From Woeseiaceae bacterium (lineage in GTDB: Bacteria; Pseudomonadota; Gammaproteobacteria; Steroidobacterales; Woeseiaceae), in assembly GCA_036525955.1 (NCBI GenBank), contig DATCZJ010000013.1, positions 2,072-66,071 of the forward strand: a stretch of 64,000 bases of DNA, read 5' to 3'. The stretch's first letter is position 1. The number at the start of each line of letters is the position of its first letter. A program made the translations under genes and the position numbers. This document shows positions 38,456 through 49,869 of this stretch, one piece after another. Below the pieces are notes generated by a model. That model had not been told where the DNA came from, made no database searches, and saw only the letters and a list, made by a program, of their open reading frames with translations.

Positions 38456-39367
38456 TCAGTCGGCGTCCGGCAAAACTGTCTGCTCGGCGAACAGCCACTT
38501 GTACTCGAAGCGAAGCCGGTCGTACTCGGCGGCGACTTCCTGTGGAAACGGGTCGAAAGGCGACGCGCGGCGCAGGATGTCGAGCGCGGCAAGATCGATG
38601 ACCGGCGAGCCGCTCGATTTCCGGATCACGGCGTCCGCGAGATTGCCGGTCGCATCGATGCTGACCATGAGCGTCGGGCTGCCGGAAATGTCACCGACGT
38701 CGCCGAGCTCGGGAAGGTAGGCGGCGCCGACCGCTTCGATGCGACGCTTCCAGTTGTCGAGATAGGCCGCAACCACCGACTCCTGCGTGTCCGCGCTGAT
38801 GATCAGCTGTCGCGGCTCGTCGTCGCTGATCAGCATCGAGGCGTTTTCGTCCTGCGGCAATGGCAGCGTCTGCTCGCGGCCGGCTTCCATTGCGATGGCG
38901 ATACTCTCTTCGTCCTGTGGCAGTGTCCTTGGATCGTTGACGGTCGCAAGCTCGCTCTCGTCGCGAGTGGAGAGGACTTCGTCGGCGGAACGCTCATGCG
39001 CCATCGCGTCGTTGATCGCCGTGCCATCCTCCTGCCCCTGGTTTTCGACGGGCAGCGAACTCTGCAAGGGGGCGCCCGGGCGGACCTGTTCCGTGGTATT
39101 GCCCCCGCCTTCCTGGCTGGCCTGGGCCAGGTACTCGGCTTCGTCCGGGCGGTCGATCTGCTGGTCCGGGTCGGCCACGATGGTCACTTCCAGCGAAATC
39201 GCCTCCGCAAACGGGCTCGTCAGCGAAGGATTGAAAGTCACGCCGATGATCAGGATCCCGTGCACGAGCGCGGCGAGAAACAGCATGGCCGGCAGCCGGT
39301 CGGGCACGTGCGGTGCCAGCAGCCGCAATTCGTCGAGCGGATCGAGATGTCTGACAGGGATCGCCAT
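38456..39367 (-). CDS. TonB-family protein (positional equivalent of Pseudomonas TonB3)
   Basis: It has an N-terminal TM, a long acidic linker and a C-terminal TonB domain (..GSPVIDLAALDILRRASPFDPFP). It lies between gshB and yqgE, as tonB3 does in P. aeruginosa. Confidence 0.75.
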   Translation of the reverse strand: MAIPVRHLDPLDELRLLAPHVPDRLPAMLFLAALVHGILIIGVTFNPSLTSPFAEAISLEVTIVADPDQQIDRPDEAEYLAQASQEGGGNTTEQVRPGAPLQSSLPVENQGQEDGTAINDAMAHERSADEVLSTRDESELATVNDPRTLPQDEESIAIAMEAGREQTLPLPQDENASMLISDDEPRQLIISADTQESVVAAYLDNWKRRIEAVGAAYLPELGDVGDISGSPTLMVSIDATGNLADAVIRKSSGSPVIDLAALDILRRASPFDPFPQEVAAEYDRLRFEYKWLFAEQTVLPDAD

Positions 39368-39417
39368 ATCCCGGCGAAGTCTCTGCGATTTTGCCTATGG
39401 AAACAAGGCGGAAAGTC

Positions 39418-40374
39418 TCACCGGAGCCGTTTCTCGATCGCGTCGAAAAGCAGTCCCGCGATATTGATCCCGAACTGCCGGTCGAGTTCGCGCACGCCGG
39501 TCGGGCTCGTGACGTTCACTTCTGTCAGGTAGTCGCCGATGACGTCGAGCCCGGCGAAGATGACGCCTGCGTCACGCAAAACGGGTCCCACTTCCCGTGC
39601 AATCCAGAGGTCACGCTCCGACAGTTCCTGCCCCTTGCCGACGGCCCCGGCAACGAGGTTGCCGCGGTTGTCGTCACCGGTCGGAATGCGCGCCAGCGCA
39701 TAGGGCACGGGTTCGCCGTCGACGAGCAGGATCCGCTTGTCCCCGGCCTTGATCTCGGGGATGTAAACCTGCGCCATGGCGAATCGCCTGCCGTAGTCGG
39801 TCAGCGTTTCGAAGATTACGTTGGCGTTGTTGTCTCCCTTGCCGACCACGAAGATCGAGCGCCCGCCCATGCCGTCGAGCGGTTTGACGACAATCTTCCC
39901 GTGTTCGCCCAGGAACGCCTTCATTTCGGCCATCGATCGCGTGATCAGGGTGATCGGCGTGCATTGCGGGAACCAGGCGGTATAGGCTTTCTCGTTCATG
40001 TCGCGAAGCGCCTGCGGCGCATTCACGATCAGGGCGCCAGCGGCCGCGGCGCGCTCGAGGATGTAAGTCGTATAGACGTACTCCATGTCGAACGGCGGGT
40101 CCTTGCGCATCAGGATGGCATCCAGATCGCCGAGTTCGACGACCGCCCGTTCTCCGAAATCGAACCAGTCGTCGAGATTGTCGCGGACCGCCAGTCGCGT
40201 CGCGTGGCCGATGGCCTTGCCGGACAGGAGTTTCAGGTCCTTCTGCTCGAAATAGTGAATCTCGGCATTGCGACGCGCGGCTTCGAGCAGCATCGCGAGT
40301 GTCGAATCTTTTTTCGGCGTGATCGACCCGATAGGGTCCATGACGACGCCGATTCTGAGCGGTTTCTGAGCCAT
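39418..40374 (-). CDS. gshB: glutathione synthetase
   Basis: LRIGVVMDPI...KDSTLAMLLEA is followed by an ATP-grasp domain (VVKPLDGMGG, PEI..GDKRILLVDGEP). Confidence 0.95.
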   Translation of the reverse strand: MAQKPLRIGVVMDPIGSITPKKDSTLAMLLEAARRNAEIHYFEQKDLKLLSGKAIGHATRLAVRDNLDDWFDFGERAVVELGDLDAILMRKDPPFDMEYVYTTYILERAAAAGALIVNAPQALRDMNEKAYTAWFPQCTPITLITRSMAEMKAFLGEHGKIVVKPLDGMGGRSIFVVGKGDNNANVIFETLTDYGRRFAMAQVYIPEIKAGDKRILLVDGEPVPYALARIPTGDDNRGNLVAGAVGKGQELSERDLWIAREVGPVLRDAGVIFAGLDVIGDYLTEVNVTSPTGVRELDRQFGINIAGLLFDAIEKRLR

Positions 40375-40533
40375 CGACTGGTGAGCGTCCCGTGGAATGC
40401 CCCGGAGCGGCCAACTATACCGGTAATTTGCCTGTAAGCACTGGAATTCTGAAGATTTTGCACCTTGCGGCGGGCGTCGTAGCGGGGTTTATGTCAATAT
40501 GGTAAAAGTCGGTTTTCAGCGTGGGGAAATTCG

Positions 40534-40926
40534 GTGTCGAGTAGCACATCACGGTCCTTGAACGGGCTCAAGATTCTGGTCGTGGACGACAGCAAGACCA
40601 TCCGCAGAACCGCCGAGACGTTGTTGACGAAGGAGGGCTGCCAGGTTTTCACTGCGATCGACGGGTTCGACGCGTTGTCGAAAATTGCAGACCACCAGCC
40701 CGACCTGATTTTCGTGGACATCATGATGCCGCGCCTCGACGGGTACGAGACCTGCTCGCTGATCAAGCACAACAAGATGTTCAAGGACACGCCGGTCGTC
40801 ATGTTGTCGTCCAAGGACGGCCTGTTCGACCGTGCCCGCGGTCGCATCGTAGGTTCCGAGCAGTACCTTACCAAGCCGTTTACCAAGGACGAGCTGCTCG
40901 GCGCAATTTCCAACCAGATCAACTGA
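40534..40926 (+). CDS. pilG: twitching-motility response regulator PilG (CheY-like)
   Basis: A single REC domain (ILVVDDS...DIMMPRLDG...LTKPF) that is first in the pilGHIJ-chpA order. It has a GTG start. Confidence 0.9.
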   Translation: MSSSTSRSLNGLKILVVDDSKTIRRTAETLLTKEGCQVFTAIDGFDALSKIADHQPDLIFVDIMMPRLDGYETCSLIKHNKMFKDTPVVMLSSKDGLFDRARGRIVGSEQYLTKPFTKDELLGAISNQIN

Positions 40927-40936
40927 GGATTGCAGG

Positions 40937-41302
40937 ATGGCGGTAGTACTCATCATCGACGATTCTCCGACGGAACTGCACCTGTTCCAGAGCATGCTCG
41001 AGAGGGCGGGCTTCCAGACGCTCGTCGCCGACAGCGCCGAGGAAGGACTCCGCCAGGCGGCATCCGCCCGGCCGGATTGCATCCTCATGGACGTCGTCAT
41101 GCCGGGAATGAATGGATTCCAGGCGACACGGCGTCTGACCCGGGATCCGGCCACTGCCGGGATTCCGGTGATCATGATCACGTCGAAGGACCAGGAGACG
41201 GACAAGATCTGGGGCATGCGCCAGGGCGCGGCCGAGTACCTGGTCAAGCCTGTGGCAGACAGGGATCTCGTTGCCAAGATTCGATCGGTGATGGCGGCCT
41301 GA
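40937..41302 (+). CDS. pilH: twitching-motility response regulator PilH (CheY-like)
   Basis: A single REC domain (VLIIDDS...DVVMPGMNG...LVKPV), second in the cluster. Confidence 0.9.
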   Translation: MAVVLIIDDSPTELHLFQSMLERAGFQTLVADSAEEGLRQAASARPDCILMDVVMPGMNGFQATRRLTRDPATAGIPVIMITSKDQETDKIWGMRQGAAEYLVKPVADRDLVAKIRSVMAA

Positions 41303-41866
41303 ATGGGAAACTCCGCCAACCTTGCGGCGCTCGTCGAGCAACCGTTCGAGCTGCTGCGCGCCATGGAAATGCAGAGCCGCGCCGCGCATTCGGGTCACGG
41401 CGCGGGCGTGATGCCCGAGGAATGGGTTGGCGTCGGTTTTCGGATCGGTGAAGAGCAGTTCCTCGCGGGACGCGACCAGGTGCGGGAAGTTTTGATGCTG
41501 CCCGATTCGATAACGCGGGTCCCCGGTGCTCACCGCTGGCTGCTCGGCATCGCCAACCTGCGAGGTCACCTGCTGCCGCTGGTCGACCTGAAATTGCTGC
41601 TCGGCAGCGGCCGCACCTCGTTGCGGCGCACGACCCGCGTGATCTCGGTCAACCATCGCGAGGTCCCGGCGGGCATTATCGTCGACGAGGTTCTGGGGTT
41701 TCGCCGTTTCACCGACCACGAATACAACAAGGAAACGCCGAAGACCATCGTCCGTTGCGAGCGGTTCCTTGATGGCATGTATCAGCGCGGCAAGGACTCC
41801 TGGCCCGTCTTCAACCTCTTCGACCTCGTCGAAAGCAACATGTTTCTGCAGGCGTCTGCAGACTAG
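41303..41866 (+). CDS. pilI: CheW-like coupling protein PilI
   Basis: CheW domain ([25 protein letters not shown]). The start abuts the pilH stop. Confidence 0.85.
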   Translation: MGNSANLAALVEQPFELLRAMEMQSRAAHSGHGAGVMPEEWVGVGFRIGEEQFLAGRDQVREVLMLPDSITRVPGAHRWLLGIANLRGHLLPLVDLKLLLGSGRTSLRRTTRVISVNHREVPAGIIVDEVLGFRRFTDHEYNKETPKTIVRCERFLDGMYQRGKDSWPVFNLFDLVESNMFLQASAD

Positions 41867-41880
41867 AAGGTCCGAAAATC

Positions 41881-43875
41881 ATGGCCAAGAAATCAGACAA
41901 TGCGTCTATGTTCAAAATTGTCGCCGGGCTGATTGCCCTGTGCCTGGTGATTGCCGCCGGGCTCGTCTACCTGCAGGCAGGTGGCGGTTCCTCCGGCGCG
42001 ACCGAACTGGCGGCCCTGTCACAGGCGATACCGTCGCAGGCGCAGAGGGCGCTGGATGGCGACGCGGACGCGTTTGCCGCGCTGGATAAGGCTGTCAAGA
42101 AAGTCGCCTCGCTGCGGCGCGGCGGTGCGCCGGGCCGTTCTGCCGACTGGCAGCAACTGGAATCGCGCGCGGCGGCCATACTTGCCGGCCGCGAATCGGT
42201 CGAGGTGGTTCGAACCGGCGCCGGCCAGGTCAATGAAGCCGCCGCCGCCATCGTGACCGCAGCGGACGCGTTGTTCGATCGTTCCGGCGCGACGGCCATC
42301 ATCCAGGAATTCCAGCAACGCGCCGACCGTCTGCGTGAAGCCGCGGCCCTGCTGCCTGCCGGTGGCGACAACGCGGTCAGGGCGATGAGTGGCGATGCGG
42401 CATTCCTGCGCGCCGTGGTGAACGGACTTGCCGGCGAACCGTCGGAACTCGACCTCCGGCCGCTGAACGCCGAGGGCAGGGAAGCGGTGCTGGTGCCGAT
42501 CCAGGGAAATCTCGCGACCATCGAGGAGCAGCTGGCCTCGCTCGCTGCCGACATTGCCAGCGTGACCGCGCTCGCAGGCACCGAGTCGGAATTGCGGGCC
42601 AGCGCCGACCAGTTGCTGTCCTCGGCGTTCGTCGGGTCCGGCAGCGGCAGCATCCTCCCCGGGTTCCTGGCAAGCCCCTTGATTCCCATGGCTGCCGCCG
42701 GACTCGCATTGCTGCTCGTGCTCATACTGATTGCGCTGCACTCGAAAAGCGCCATCTTCGAGCGCATGGCGAAAGAGCAGGCTGAGCAGAACGAACGCAA
42801 CCAGCAGGCCATTCTTCGGCTGCTCGATGAAATGGGCAGCCTCGCGGATGGCGACCTGACGGTCGAAGCGACGGTGACCGAGGACATTACGGGCACGATC
42901 GCCGACTCGTTCAACTTCGCGATCGAGGAGCTGCGCAAACTGGTGGCGACCGTCAACGACACCGCGCTGATGGTGGACTCCGCGACCAAGCAGACCGAGA
43001 ACACCGCCGCGCACCTCGCCAAGGCGGCGGAGAACCAGGCGCGCGAAATCAATGCGGCCACAGAGTCGATCGTATCGATGGCGGCGTCGATCGAGGAAGT
43101 TTCGGGGAATGCAGAGCGCTCCTCCGACGTTGCGCGCCACTCGGTCGAGGTCGCACACAAGGGCGGCGAGGCCGTGCGTCGCACGATCGACGGCATGAAC
43201 GCCATCCGTGAAACGATCCAGGAGACGTCGAAGCGGATCAAGCGCCTGGGCGAGAGCTCGCAAGAGATCGGCAACATCGTCGAGCTCATCAACGACATCG
43301 CCGAGCAGACCAACATCCTCGCGCTGAATGCCTCGATCCAGGCGTCCATGGCGGGCGAGGCGGGTCGCGGTTTCGCGGTCGTCGCTGACGAAGTGCAGCG
43401 CCTTGCGGAGCGCTCCACCAATGCCACCAAGCAGATCGAGGTCCTGGTGCGCACGATTCAGACGGACACCAACGAGGCGGTCGTGTCGATGGAGCGCAGC
43501 ACGACAGACGTCGTGGGCGGTGCATTGCTGGCCGAGAACGCGGGCGCCGCGCTCGACGAAATCGAACAGGTATCCAACCAGATTGCGAGTCTCGTGCAGA
43601 ACATTTCCAGTTCGGCGCGTGAACAGGCGGGCGCCGCCGCCGACGTGACGCGACGCACGACGCGACTGCGGGAAATCGCGACGCAGACCGGCAAGGCGAC
43701 GAGCGCGACGGCGGCTTCGATCTCCAAGCTCTCTGCCCTGGCGACGCAGCTCAGGAAGACTGTCGAGGGCTTCGCATTGCCACCGGAGATGATGCAATCG
43801 AGCGCGCTGGCGCGCACGGGCAGGAATACCGCGCCGACGGCCGCGCCGGTAAAACCGCGGGCGAAAGCAGGCTGA
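41881..43875 (+). CDS. pilJ: methyl-accepting chemotaxis protein PilJ
   Basis: It has an N-terminal TM, a periplasmic region, a second TM, and an MCP signalling hairpin [38 protein letters not shown]. Confidence 0.9.
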   Translation: MAKKSDNASMFKIVAGLIALCLVIAAGLVYLQAGGGSSGATELAALSQAIPSQAQRALDGDADAFAALDKAVKKVASLRRGGAPGRSADWQQLESRAAAILAGRESVEVVRTGAGQVNEAAAAIVTAADALFDRSGATAIIQEFQQRADRLREAAALLPAGGDNAVRAMSGDAAFLRAVVNGLAGEPSELDLRPLNAEGREAVLVPIQGNLATIEEQLASLAADIASVTALAGTESELRASADQLLSSAFVGSGSGSILPGFLASPLIPMAAAGLALLLVLILIALHSKSAIFERMAKEQAEQNERNQQAILRLLDEMGSLADGDLTVEATVTEDITGTIADSFNFAIEELRKLVATVNDTALMVDSATKQTENTAAHLAKAAENQAREINAATESIVSMAASIEEVSGNAERSSDVARHSVEVAHKGGEAVRRTIDGMNAIRETIQETSKRIKRLGESSQEIGNIVELINDIAEQTNILALNASIQASMAGEAGRGFAVVADEVQRLAERSTNATKQIEVLVRTIQTDTNEAVVSMERSTTDVVGGALLAENAGAALDEIEQVSNQIASLVQNISSSAREQAGAAADVTRRTTRLREIATQTGKATSATAASISKLSALATQLRKTVEGFALPPEMMQSSALARTGRNTAPTAAPVKPRAKAG

Positions 43876-43906
43876 GGCGGGACCGAGGGGCGAAACGGAC
43901 GACCAG

Positions 43907-46900
43907 ATGACCGGCAACACGGGCATACACGAGCAGACGGGCGAGCGCGACGGTCGCAGCATGGCAAGCGGCCTTGCGATTATCGCCAACGAACTGCTGG
44001 AGACCATCCGTAACGCCCAGGTCGCGCTAGAGGATTGCGTCGACGGGCACGGCGGTACGCCCGCACTCAATCGTTCTCGCGAGTTGCTGCACCAGGCCGG
44101 TGGCGCGCTGCGCATGACCGAAACCTATGGCGCCGCTCTGCTCGTCGAGGAGATGGAGCACGTCTGCAATTTCCTCGCCGCGCTGCGTTCCGGCAAGGGG
44201 CGCGAGGACGGGCTCGACGCGCTGACGCGCGCGATGGTGCAGTTGCCGGTCTACATCGAACGCCTGCTCGGCGGCGGCCGGGATATCGCGCTGGTATTGC
44301 TGCCGATGCTCAACGACCTGCGCGCCGCGCGCGGCGAACCGCTGCTGTCGGAAGGCACCCTGCTGTTGCTCAACCTTTCGCCGACCCGTTCGGGCGACCG
44401 GGCGCGGGCCCGCGACGGCACGGGCGAAGACCCGGTGCTGGTGGCGCGACGCCTGCGACCGAAGTTCCAGCTTGCGCTGCTCGGGTGGATCAAGGGCGGC
44501 GAAAACGCCCGGCATATCGATGCCCTGTCGAAAGTTGCCGCCGCGCTGGAGCATTCGGCGACCCGCGACGACATGTACCAGCTGTGGTGGGTCGTCGGCG
44601 GCGTGCTCGAGTCCTTGCGTGACGGCGGTCTCGAAACCTCGGTCGCGATCAAGCGGTTGCTCGGTCAGGCGGACCGGCAGATCAAGTACGTCATCGATGA
44701 GGGCCTGCTCGCCTTCGAAAAACACCCGGTCGACGACCTGATCAACAACCTGCTTTATTACGTCGCCCGCTCGAGCACTTCCGGGGAACGCATCAGCGAG
44801 ATCCGCGCCGCGTTCAACCTGTCCGAATTGCTGCCTGGCGACGAGCAGGTCGAAAATGCCCGCGAAGCGCTGTCGGCGCCGAGCGCAAGACTCATGAGGA
44901 CTGTCGGCTCGGCGATTCGCGAGGACCTGGGCCGCGTCAAGGACGTCCTCGACATCTTCGTCCGCACGGGCATGAACAAGTCGTCCGAACTCGTGCCGCA
45001 GCTCGAGTTGCTGAAAAAGATCAGTGACACGCTGGGGGTACTCGGGCTCGGGGAGTTGCGCGGCGACATCGACGGGGAAATCAGTCGCCTCAGGGGCATC
45101 GTGGAACGTGGCGGCATCGCCAACGAACAGATCATTCTCGATATCGCTTCGACATTGTTGCGAGTCGAGGATCGACTCGAACAACAGCTGTTCCGCCTGA
45201 CGCAGGTGCAGGAAACGGACAAGGCGGCGGAGAAGACCGACACGGACGACGAGTTCCGCAAAGTCGCGGAATCGGTCATGCGCGAATGCATCATCAACCT
45301 GGCGCGCATCAAGGAAACGATCAGCCAGAGCATCGCTGCGCAGGCGCCATCGGCCGGGCTCGACAACGTGCCTTCGCTGGTCCGCGGCATCAAGGCGGGC
45401 CTCCTGATGCTGAACAAGACACGGGCCATGGAGGTCGTCGATCGCATCGGCAGCCTGATCACCGCCATGCTGAACGCAGGCGGTCCCGCCGTGCTGACGC
45501 AGAAGGAGACGGACCGACTGGCCGACGCCATCGTCAGCATCGAATACTACATGGAGACGGTGAAGGCCGGCCGCAGCGAGCCCTGGTACATGCTCGATAA
45601 CGCCGAAGCCTGTCTCGCCGTGCTGCGCGACGTCGAACAGCGCATGAAACAGGCGGCGACGCGCGACACCGCGGCGACGTCGTCGTCGACACAGAAGCTT
45701 TCCATCGAACAGATCGAGGCCGAGGCGTCGGCGGCGCTGGCGGCCGCAGAGGCGCAGAGCGACACGCAGCAACTGAGAGCGACTTCGGTGATGCGCCTCC
45801 CGGTCGTCTCGAGCGAAGCCGAGCATCTCGATCCGGAACTGCTCGAGTTGTTCATCGAGGAGGCCAAGGAAGAGATCGCCTCGATCAAGCGCCACCTGCC
45901 ATCGTGGGTCGAATCCCCCGATGACATGGAAATGCTGATCACGGTGCGGCGTTCGTTCCACACACTCAAGGGCAGCGGCCGCATGGTCGGCGCCGAACGC
46001 ATCGGCGAATACTGCTGGGCCGTGGAGAACCTGCTCAACCGGCTGATCAATCACACTCTGCAGCGAACACCGCCGATGGTGGATTTCGTCATGCAGGCGG
46101 CGGATGCGGTTCCGGAACTCGTCGAGCAGCTCGAAGTCGGCTCGAACCCGAAGGCGGATATCGACCTTTTGATAGCGCGCGCCGCCGCTTTCGCGGAAGG
46201 CAATCCGAATGCCGCAGTGCTCACGTTCGAGCAGCCGCAAGGTGTCGTTGAAGAGGCGGCGCAGGCGCTCGAAATGGACCCGGTGCTGTACGACATCTTT
46301 TCGAAGGAGACTGCCGGGCACGTCAAGGTCATCACCGACTACCTCGCGGCCTGCGAGGGCCATCGGCCGCCATTCGATGTCACGGACAAACTGCATCGCG
46401 CCTGTCACACGCTGCACGGCAGCGCCAACATGGCGAACGTCGAGCGCGGCGTTGCCGTTGCCGCCGCACTGAATCGCTTCGTACGACGGGTATACGACCA
46501 CAAGATCGGCTTCCAGCAGTCGGGCCTCGATGCGATGCGCGCGGCCGCGCGTGCGATCGCGACGATCGTCAACGACATCAACACGCCAAATCGCAATCGC
46601 GCCGATTACACGCGCCTGATCGAGCACATCAACAAGCTGGCCGACGCGGTTCAGACCCGCGATGCGACGCCCAGGCGCGCGGCGACACCGCCGCCGCAGC
46701 CGGCCAGGGCGCCCGAGCCGCAACGCCCGCCGGAGGCGGAGGAGCCCGAGGACGCCGAATACGATGCCGAAATCGCGTCTATTTTCACGGAAGAATCCGC
46801 CGAACTGCTGGAAGCCGCGGACAAGGCGCTGCTGACCTGGATCAAGGAACGCAGCGCGCAGCCCATGGAGGAACTCAAACGCCACCTGCACACGCTCAAG

Positions 46901-49402
46901 GGCGGCGCGCGCATGGCGGGTATCCAGGCCATGGGCAGCCTGAGCCACGACATCGAGGCGTTGCTGATTTCGGTCGGCGACGGGCGCATCAAGGCAACAC
47001 CGGCGGTAGAGGATCTGTTGCAGCGCAGCATCGACGAGTTGCACCGCATGCGCGATCTGGTCATCGCGGGCAAGCCTGTGCGCGCCGTCGCGGGGCTGGT
47101 CGATCGCATTCAGCAGGCCAACGCGGGATTCGAGGTCGCCGACGACGCGGACGTGGAACTGGCGGCGGAAGACACGCGGGTCGAAGAAGCCCGTCCCGCG
47201 GAATTCACGTTCGAGCCCGAAGACACCGTGTCGATGGTCATCGTCGATGCGCCGCTGCTCGACGAACTGGCCGAGATTGGCAAGGAAAGTCGTGCGCCGG
47301 ATGAGCGGCCGGAACGCGCTCCGGCGCGTGCGCCCGAGCCCGGGCCCGAGTCGAAGCTCGAGCCCAAGCCTGAGCCGAAACCCGAGCCGAAACCCGAGCC
47401 CAGGCCCGAGCCGAAACCCGAGCCCAGGCCCGAGCCCAAGCCCGAGCCCAAGCCCGAGCCGAAACCCGAGCCCAAGCCCGAGCCGAAGCCGGAGCCGAAA
47501 CCCGAACCGAAGCCCGAACCGAAACCGGCGCGACCGGGCTCCCGGCCGCAGGGCGACGCACGGCAGTTGCGGGCCGCCGCCGAGCGGCAGGAGTTCGCGC
47601 GCATCGACGCCGACCTCCTCGAGGACCTGCTCAATGCCGCGGGCGAGATCAGCATCTACCACTCCCGCCTGAACCAGCAGGTGAATTCCTTCGAGTTTCA
47701 CGTGGACGAACTCGAGGCGACGGTCGCGCGGCTGCGTGGACAGCTGCGCAAACTCGAGATCGAGACCGAAGCGCAGATCATGCACAGCCACCAGGATACT
47801 TTCGTCGCGAAGGACTTTGATCCGCTGGAGCTCGATCGCTACTCGAACATCCAGCAGCTGTCGCGTGCGCTGGCCGAGTCGGCCAACGATCTTGCGAGTC
47901 TCAAGGACCTGCTGAAGTCGGTCACCAACGAGGCGGAAAGCCTGCTCGTGCAGCAGTCCCGTGTCACCGCGGAACTGCAGGACGGCCTGATGCGTACGCG
48001 CATGGTGCCTTTCGAGCGAAATGTGCCCCGGCTGACGCGCCTCGTGCGCCAGGTCGCGGAGGAAGCGGGCAAACGGGCGGAACTTGCGGTCGAGGGTGCT
48101 TCGGGCGAACTCGACCGGCAGGTACTCGACAAGATGCTGCCGCCGTTCGAGCACATGTTGAGAAATGCCGTGGTGCACGGCATCGAGGAGGTGAAGGTCC
48201 GGCAGGCTGCCGGCAAGCCCGCGGTCGGACGCATTACGATCCGGCTGCACCGGGAAGGTGCCGAGATGGTCATCGACGTCGCGGATGATGGCGCGGGCCT
48301 CGATGTCAACGCGATCCGGCGCAAGGCGTTCGAGCTCGATCTGCTGAAACCGGACTCCGAGGTGACCGACGAGGAAATCATGGAGCTCATCCTGACGCCG
48401 GGCTTCTCGACGGCGGGCGTGGTGACGCAGTCGGCCGGTCGCGGTGTCGGCATGGACGTGGTCGCAAGCGAGGTCAAGAAGCTCGGCGGCTCGCTGCGCA
48501 TCTCCTCGGTCACGGGGCAGGGCACCAACTTCACCGTGCGACTGCCATTCACGCTGGCGATCACGCAGGCTTTGATCGTGCGCACGGGCGACGAGGTCTA
48601 TGCGCTGCCGTTGCCCACGGTCGAAGGCGTGGCGCGCATTCCGCGACGCGAGCTCGAGAGCCTCCTGAGCCACAGCGAGCCGAGCTACCAGTACGGCGAA
48701 CAGTCCTACAAGTTTCGCCACCTGGGCATGTACCTGGGCGGGCAGGCCGCGAAGCTGCCCGAGGAAGACGCATCGGTGCCCGTGATCCTCGTGCGGGCGG
48801 GCGATTATTCCGCTGCGCTCCTCGTGGATGAAATGCTGGCGAGCCGCGAAATCGTGGTCAAGGCGCTTGGCCCGCAGCTGGCGAGCATTCGCGGTATTTC
48901 AGGCGCGACGATCCTCGGCGATGGCCGCATCGTCCTGATTCTCGATATCCAGGCGCTGGTTCGCACCGGTGCGCCCGTCGTCGAGATTCGGAAGGCGGCG
49001 CCGAGACCGGCCGATGGCCGGCCGGTTGCGCTCGTGGTCGATGACTCCATCACCGTGCGGCGGGTCACCGAGCGTTTCCTGCATCGCAGCGGCCTGCGCG
49101 TCGAAACTGCGAAGGACGGACTCGACGCCATCAGCGTGATGCAGGAGCACAAGCCCGACATCATCCTGCTGGACATCGAAATGCCGCGCATGGACGGCTA
49201 CGAATTTGCGTCGCACGTTCGCAATGACCCGCGCGTCGCTGACGTGCCGATCATCATGATTACCTCGCGCGTCGGCGACAAACACCGCGCGCGCGCCATC
49301 GAACTCGGGGTCAACGACTACCTGGGCAAGCCTTACCAGGACCAGCAGTTGCTCGAGGCCATCCGGCGCCAGCTCGAAGAAAGAGGGATTGAATTGCCGT
49401 GA
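43907..49402 (+). CDS. chpA: ChpA/PilL hybrid CheA-type histidine kinase (multiple Hpt domains, HATPase, CheW and C-terminal receiver)
   Basis: At least three canonical Hpt boxes are present ([30 protein letters not shown]) plus degenerate ones. It also has HATPase N/G boxes ([28 protein letters not shown]), a CheW domain and a REC domain (VVDDS...DIEMPRMDG...YLGKP). The start could instead be the internal ATG at 43961. Confidence 0.92.
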   Translation: MTGNTGIHEQTGERDGRSMASGLAIIANELLETIRNAQVALEDCVDGHGGTPALNRSRELLHQAGGALRMTETYGAALLVEEMEHVCNFLAALRSGKGREDGLDALTRAMVQLPVYIERLLGGGRDIALVLLPMLNDLRAARGEPLLSEGTLLLLNLSPTRSGDRARARDGTGEDPVLVARRLRPKFQLALLGWIKGGENARHIDALSKVAAALEHSATRDDMYQLWWVVGGVLESLRDGGLETSVAIKRLLGQADRQIKYVIDEGLLAFEKHPVDDLINNLLYYVARSSTSGERISEIRAAFNLSELLPGDEQVENAREALSAPSARLMRTVGSAIREDLGRVKDVLDIFVRTGMNKSSELVPQLELLKKISDTLGVLGLGELRGDIDGEISRLRGIVERGGIANEQIILDIASTLLRVEDRLEQQLFRLTQVQETDKAAEKTDTDDEFRKVAESVMRECIINLARIKETISQSIAAQAPSAGLDNVPSLVRGIKAGLLMLNKTRAMEVVDRIGSLITAMLNAGGPAVLTQKETDRLADAIVSIEYYMETVKAGRSEPWYMLDNAEACLAVLRDVEQRMKQAATRDTAATSSSTQKLSIEQIEAEASAALAAAEAQSDTQQLRATSVMRLPVVSSEAEHLDPELLELFIEEAKEEIASIKRHLPSWVESPDDMEMLITVRRSFHTLKGSGRMVGAERIGEYCWAVENLLNRLINHTLQRTPPMVDFVMQAADAVPELVEQLEVGSNPKADIDLLIARAAAFAEGNPNAAVLTFEQPQGVVEEAAQALEMDPVLYDIFSKETAGHVKVITDYLAACEGHRPPFDVTDKLHRACHTLHGSANMANVERGVAVAAALNRFVRRVYDHKIGFQQSGLDAMRAAARAIATIVNDINTPNRNRADYTRLIEHINKLADAVQTRDATPRRAATPPPQPARAPEPQRPPEAEEPEDAEYDAEIASIFTEESAELLEAADKALLTWIKERSAQPMEELKRHLHTLKGGARMAGIQAMGSLSHDIEALLISVGDGRIKATPAVEDLLQRSIDELHRMRDLVIAGKPVRAVAGLVDRIQQANAGFEVADDADVELAAEDTRVEEARPAEFTFEPEDTVSMVIVDAPLLDELAEIGKESRAPDERPERAPARAPEPGPESKLEPKPEPKPEPKPEPRPEPKPEPRPEPKPEPKPEPKPEPKPEPKPEPKPEPKPEPKPARPGSRPQGDARQLRAAAERQEFARIDADLLEDLLNAAGEISIYHSRLNQQVNSFEFHVDELEATVARLRGQLRKLEIETEAQIMHSHQDTFVAKDFDPLELDRYSNIQQLSRALAESANDLASLKDLLKSVTNEAESLLVQQSRVTAELQDGLMRTRMVPFERNVPRLTRLVRQVAEEAGKRAELAVEGASGELDRQVLDKMLPPFEHMLRNAVVHGIEEVKVRQAAGKPAVGRITIRLHREGAEMVIDVADDGAGLDVNAIRRKAFELDLLKPDSEVTDEEIMELILTPGFSTAGVVTQSAGRGVGMDVVASEVKKLGGSLRISSVTGQGTNFTVRLPFTLAITQALIVRTGDEVYALPLPTVEGVARIPRRELESLLSHSEPSYQYGEQSYKFRHLGMYLGGQAAKLPEEDASVPVILVRAGDYSAALLVDEMLASREIVVKALGPQLASIRGISGATILGDGRIVLILDIQALVRTGAPVVEIRKAAPRPADGRPVALVVDDSITVRRVTERFLHRSGLRVETAKDGLDAISVMQEHKPDIILLDIEMPRMDGYEFASHVRNDPRVADVPIIMITSRVGDKHRARAIELGVNDYLGKPYQDQQLLEAIRRQLEERGIELP
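47333..47527 (+). repeat. in-frame 12-nt tandem repeat encoding (PEPK/PEPR) about 16 times inside chpA
   Basis: Directly visible CCCGAGCC(G/C)AA(A/G) units translate as [28 protein letters not shown]...PEPKP. Confidence 0.9.
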
Positions 49403-49869
49403 GCAGCGACAACGAAGAACTGTACAGTCTGCTCGTGCCGCTCGTTGATGACCGGCTGATCGTGCCGCGCGCGTGCGTCGCGGAGGTCGTCAGGTTTTCT
49501 GCGCCGAAACAGCAGCCCGGCAGCAAGAGCTGGATGCTCGGCGAGGTCATGTGGAACGGCCGGCCGCTGCCGGTAGTGTCTTTCGAGGGCGCGCTTGGCA
49601 AGGATGTACCGGTGGCGACGGGACGCACCCGCATCGTCGTGTTCTATGCCACCGCCGGCAAGCTCAGGACCGGGTATTTCGGCATTCTGACGCAGGGGTT
49701 TCCGCAGCTCGTGCGGGTCAACAAGGACGTCCTGAAACTCGCCGCGAAGGAAGGCTGGCCCGAAGGCGCGCCCGTGCTCTGCAAGGTCAAAATGATCAAC
49801 GAGTATCCGCTGATCCCCGATCTCGAGAAACTCGAGACGCTGCTCGCCGCAGAGGCAGAGCAGGCCTGA
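49399..49869 (+). CDS. chpC: CheW-like protein ChpC
   Basis: The GTG overlaps the chpA stop (GTGA). It has a CheW fold pattern ([20 protein letters not shown]...). Its position matches chpC. Confidence 0.8.
   Translation: MSSDNEELYSLLVPLVDDRLIVPRACVAEVVRFSAPKQQPGSKSWMLGEVMWNGRPLPVVSFEGALGKDVPVATGRTRIVVFYATAGKLRTGYFGILTQGFPQLVRVNKDVLKLAAKEGWPEGAPVLCKVKMINEYPLIPDLEKLETLLAAEAEQA

Noticed and set aside
47333-47527. Regular short tandem repeat that could be mistaken for a CRISPR-like or intergenic repeat array.
   Set aside because: The period is only 12 nt with no spacers. It is in frame inside chpA and encodes (PEPK)n, so it is a protein linker repeat.
44027-48721. A 1564-aa ORF on the minus strand. 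Similar long minus-strand ORFs lie at 42019..44115 and 41967..43454.
   Set aside because: It is entirely antisense to chpA/pilJ, which have unmistakable domain motifs. The product is Arg/Ala/Gly/Pro-rich and low in complexity, as expected from stop-codon depletion in GC-rich DNA.
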